Assembly (NCBI GenBank): GCA_963674595.2
Contig: CAXXFV010000004.1
Coordinates: 256,001 to 320,000 of the forward strand
Length of the DNA: 64,000 nucleotides
DNA from: a bacterium
GTDB taxonomy: Bacteria > Zhuqueibacterota > Zhuqueibacteria > Residuimicrobiales > Krinioviventaceae
Reading direction: 5' to 3'
The notes under the pieces were generated by a model. That model was not told the origin of the DNA. It saw only the letters and a program-made list of their open reading frames with translations, and ran no database searches. This document shows, in pieces, positions 60,949 through 64,000 of this stretch; the first letter of the stretch is position 1; each line of letters opens with the position of its first letter. Position numbers and translations under genes: made by a program.

Positions 60949-62607
60949 TTGAGGTTTTTTATCAAATTCACCGGTTTACTTTTAATTCTATTATCCTGTT
61001 CAACCAGTATCAATGGAAATAAAGCATCTATTGAAGGAAAAATTTTAAATTATTCAAAATATAAAAATGTGTATAAAACGATAGACTTTATTGTTTTTGA
61101 TCTTTTGTCTTCACAGGAACAAACGTATTTCGCCGAAATCGACCATTCCGGGAAATTTCAAATTCAATTTCCCATGATGACGGCATTCGATGTTCATATG
61201 AAATTTGGGAAAAAGAAACTTTCCATATATTGCGAGCCCGGAACAACATTATATATGGAATTTGATGCAGAAGAAATGACCAAATTGAAAGATACGAGTC
61301 CCTGTTCATCGCTTGTTTTTAAAGGAGATTTAAAGCAGATAAATGAAAATATTTCCGATTTTATACCTTTATATAATTCTCTGACGGATGAAAGAAATGA
61401 AATACAACGCAAGAAAATGCAGGAACTGGATCCCTCAAGTTTTAAAACATTTCGTCAGGATTGGTTAAAAGCAGAGCAGGCGCTTTTGCAGGGTTATATA
61501 AAACAATACGCAACCAGTGAGGAATTTAATTCGTGGGCAAAAAATCAAATCAATTTTGGTTATGTGTCAGATTTGTTGTACTATGAACTTCAGCGATCAC
61601 GGGCCCTTTATTTTGGAATGCCGTTGGATGCTGTTTCCGATGAATATTTCGATCTTGATAAATTTGATTTGAATGACGCATCTGCAATGAACAGCTCCTA
61701 TTTTCAACATGCTTTGGCCCATTTTGACTATTATTATCAAAGTAAAAAAAGCGCGAATATTTTTAAAGAAATTTTAAAAACCTTTATTTCTGAAACACCT
61801 GACTTGAGTAAATCAGACAAACAGAAACTGGAAAAAATTCTTAAAAAAGATTCGATTCATCTAACCTCAGAGGAAAATCGCTTTTTAGTGGGTATCAGCC
61901 GCGATTATGAAATGTTTTTTCAAAAAGAAAACAAACGAATTATTATGAACAATATTGTCAACAATGTTAAAAAAGAGTTTTCCGGAAATTTAAAAGAAGT
62001 ACTGCTGTCCAGAGCTTTGTATAGAGAACTTTTGTTAAAAAATTTGGATATCGTAAAGCCATATTATCAGGACTATTTAGCTGAAACACAAACAGCATAT
62101 TATAAAACCAAAATTGAAGAATTGTATAATAATATTGAAAAATATATTACGCAGACGGAAATACCTAAAGATGCAAAATTATTCGAAATGGCCGATGTTT
62201 CCGGGGATTCATTGTGGAACAAGATCATTAAAGATAATAAAGGAAAAGTGGTTTATATAACTCTTTGGTCTACCTGGAGTGAAAAAAGCCGGCAAGAGGT
62301 TCCTTTTTCGGTCCAACTCTCCAAAGAATTCAATTCAGATAAAGTCGCTTTTGTTTATCTTTGTGCCCGTTCTTTGGATAATATCTGGAAGGCCTCCATC
62401 GACCAGTATGATATTTCCGGAACACATTATTTGATTTCCCTGGACCAATATAGATACCTGAATGATCGCTTTCAAATTAGAAGGCTTCCTTATTTTATTC
62501 TGATTAAAAAAGACGGAACAATTGAATCAAAAAGGGCTATCAGTCCAAGCACACAGGGTAAAGTTTTAAATAAAAGCCTTGTTAAAACAATTAAAGATCT
62601 TTTATAA
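60949..62607 (+). CDS. TlpA/thioredoxin-like lipoprotein lacking CxxC
   Basis: Lipobox LLSC; C-terminal KGKVVYI.LWSTWSEKSR.E...LPYFILI.KDG. Confidence 0.8.
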   Translation: MRFFIKFTGLLLILLSCSTSINGNKASIEGKILNYSKYKNVYKTIDFIVFDLLSSQEQTYFAEIDHSGKFQIQFPMMTAFDVHMKFGKKKLSIYCEPGTTLYMEFDAEEMTKLKDTSPCSSLVFKGDLKQINENISDFIPLYNSLTDERNEIQRKKMQELDPSSFKTFRQDWLKAEQALLQGYIKQYATSEEFNSWAKNQINFGYVSDLLYYELQRSRALYFGMPLDAVSDEYFDLDKFDLNDASAMNSSYFQHALAHFDYYYQSKKSANIFKEILKTFISETPDLSKSDKQKLEKILKKDSIHLTSEENRFLVGISRDYEMFFQKENKRIIMNNIVNNVKKEFSGNLKEVLLSRALYRELLLKNLDIVKPYYQDYLAETQTAYYKTKIEELYNNIEKYITQTEIPKDAKLFEMADVSGDSLWNKIIKDNKGKVVYITLWSTWSEKSRQEVPFSVQLSKEFNSDKVAFVYLCARSLDNIWKASIDQYDISGTHYLISLDQYRYLNDRFQIRRLPYFILIKKDGTIESKRAISPSTQGKVLNKSLVKTIKDLL

Positions 62608-62675
62608 GGTCCATTTAAATTAATTTTTAAAATTGAAAACGCTGAATATATAACTAAAAATATTTAATTTATTGC

Positions 62676-62704
62676 TTGCGAATAAAGCAAGTGCTTTATA
62701 TATT
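62676..62704 (+). promoter_or_regulatory. Putative sigma70 promoter of the ATPase gene
   Basis: TTGCGA-17 nt-TATATT, about 45 bp upstream of ATG 62750. Confidence 0.45.
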
Positions 62705-62749
62705 CAGTTTGTTAATTAGGAATCTGTTGATCAAAATTGTGGGTTTTTT

Positions 62750-63895
62750 ATGATCATAAACAAAGCTTATATACGTGCTTTTAAATCAATTTACGAATTG
62801 GCGATTTCATTTAATCCCAAAATCAATGTTATAATCGGAGCAAATGAAAGCGGAAAAACCAATATATTAAAAGCAATCGAATCTTTTCGAAATGATATTC
62901 CCTTTGACAGTTCTTTAACCTGTCAATACTCAAACCATTACTATATGGGCAAGTGTCCTGAGCTGATTTTAGAGTTTGGCGGAATATCTAAAGAAAATCG
63001 GAAAGCCTTGCTGAAAATTTCAGAAATATTTAAAGAAATTGAAACTTTTCAGGTTCGTAGAGATGGGTCAGAGTTAAAGGACTATCATCTCATTATTAAC
63101 GAAGCTGAAATTGAAGAAAATATTGATATGAAGCGTTTGCTTCAAATTTTGCCGAAAATCGCTTATTTCAGTGAAATTCCCTTGTTAAAAAATAAAGTCG
63201 ATTATAATAGTTTGGTTTCGCAGGATACTGATTTTTCAACAGAGATAAATCTGTTAAAAATTGGCGGCATTGAAGATTATGATCTTATTTTTGAAGACAG
63301 CTCCCGTGGCAGACGGGCTACCGAAGAGGCCAGCCGCATTATTACAGAACAAATCCGGCGGGTATGGTCACAGGAATCGAGCATAGAAATTAAATTAAAC
63401 GTAAACGGCAAGGTTTTATACATCGATTTTGCGGATGCAACAACGGTGTTGGATACCCCGGACTCTCGAAGCCTCGGTTTTCGCTGGTACCTGTCTTTTT
63501 ACGTCAATTTTATTACCCAGACATTTGAAGGCCGGACCAATGAATATATCTTTTTAATCGACGAGCCTGGTATTCACCTTCATCCGGCAGGACAAAAAGA
63601 CCTGGTTAAAGTGCTGGAAAATCTGTCTATGAAAAACCAGATTGTCTACACAACCCATTCGCCATTTCTTATTGATCGTCAATATCCGGAACGTGTTTTT
63701 CTGGCGAATAAAGATAAAGTCGGTACCAAAGTCGACAGCACTTCATATCGTGAAAACTGGAAACCTTTACGAAAATCAATCGGTTTGACAATTGGCGATC
63801 TCTTTTTCTTTAGTGACAGCAGTTTAATTCTTGAACTTCCTACCAAAAGAAAAATGGGAATTCTGTCAAAGTTTAGACCTGATGAAGATGATTAG
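62750..63895 (+). CDS. ABC/AAA_15-type ATPase (OLD-nuclease ATPase-like, no Toprim domain)
   Basis: Walker A GANESGKT, signature RSLGFRW, Walker B LIDEPG.HLHP and H-loop TTHSPF. Confidence 0.82.
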   Translation: MIINKAYIRAFKSIYELAISFNPKINVIIGANESGKTNILKAIESFRNDIPFDSSLTCQYSNHYYMGKCPELILEFGGISKENRKALLKISEIFKEIETFQVRRDGSELKDYHLIINEAEIEENIDMKRLLQILPKIAYFSEIPLLKNKVDYNSLVSQDTDFSTEINLLKIGGIEDYDLIFEDSSRGRRATEEASRIITEQIRRVWSQESSIEIKLNVNGKVLYIDFADATTVLDTPDSRSLGFRWYLSFYVNFITQTFEGRTNEYIFLIDEPGIHLHPAGQKDLVKVLENLSMKNQIVYTTHSPFLIDRQYPERVFLANKDKVGTKVDSTSYRENWKPLRKSIGLTIGDLFFFSDSSLILELPTKRKMGILSKFRPDEDD

Positions 63896-64000
63896 CCAAT
63901 ATCTGTTTGTTACAAACAAAAAGATTATATATAAATTTATTCCATTTGAAAGATTCCGAAACTAAAAAATCAGATACAGGGAGTGTATATGAAATACCAA

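Noticed and set aside
57401-64000. Genomic island integrated at tRNA-Phe
   Set aside because: No integrase and no duplicated tRNA 3' end were seen, and the accessory genes lie on the 5' side of the tRNA.

Overview
AT-rich bacterial chromosomal window that spans the replication origin. The gene content (SurA/PpiC triplet, DUF4159/DUF4175-type genes, patatin-POTRA-barrel protein) suggests a diderm of the FCB group, perhaps KSB1- or Calditrichota-like; this taxonomy is inference only. Every convincing gene from 1 to 39783 is on the minus strand. Reading toward position 1, the order is PFOR, DHODH-like, rpmH-rnpA-yidD-yidC-mnmE-mnmG-rsmG, mfd, three PPIases, an uncharacterised envelope cluster, ftsEX, hrcA-grpE-dnaJ-comEA, a pilin/PilM/PilNO-like set, rsmD-coaD-pta, an aminotransferase and a TPR gene. 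A bipartite oriC flanks dnaA and is followed by dnaN-recF-dciA-gyrB-gyrA on the plus strand. The rest is a mixed accessory region containing tRNA-Phe. The most notable points are: a GyrA with no GyrA-box paired with a GyrB carrying EGNSA; recF split by a -1 frameshift at slippery heptamers followed by a hairpin; a compact competence-like module with an apparent PilN-PilO fusion behind the heat-shock genes; a four-gene envelope cluster of unknown function; two perfect parS sites with no parAB nearby; and an OLD-type ATPase with no Toprim domain. No CRISPR array, rRNA or mobile element was seen. All family assignments come from reading motifs by eye; no searches were run.
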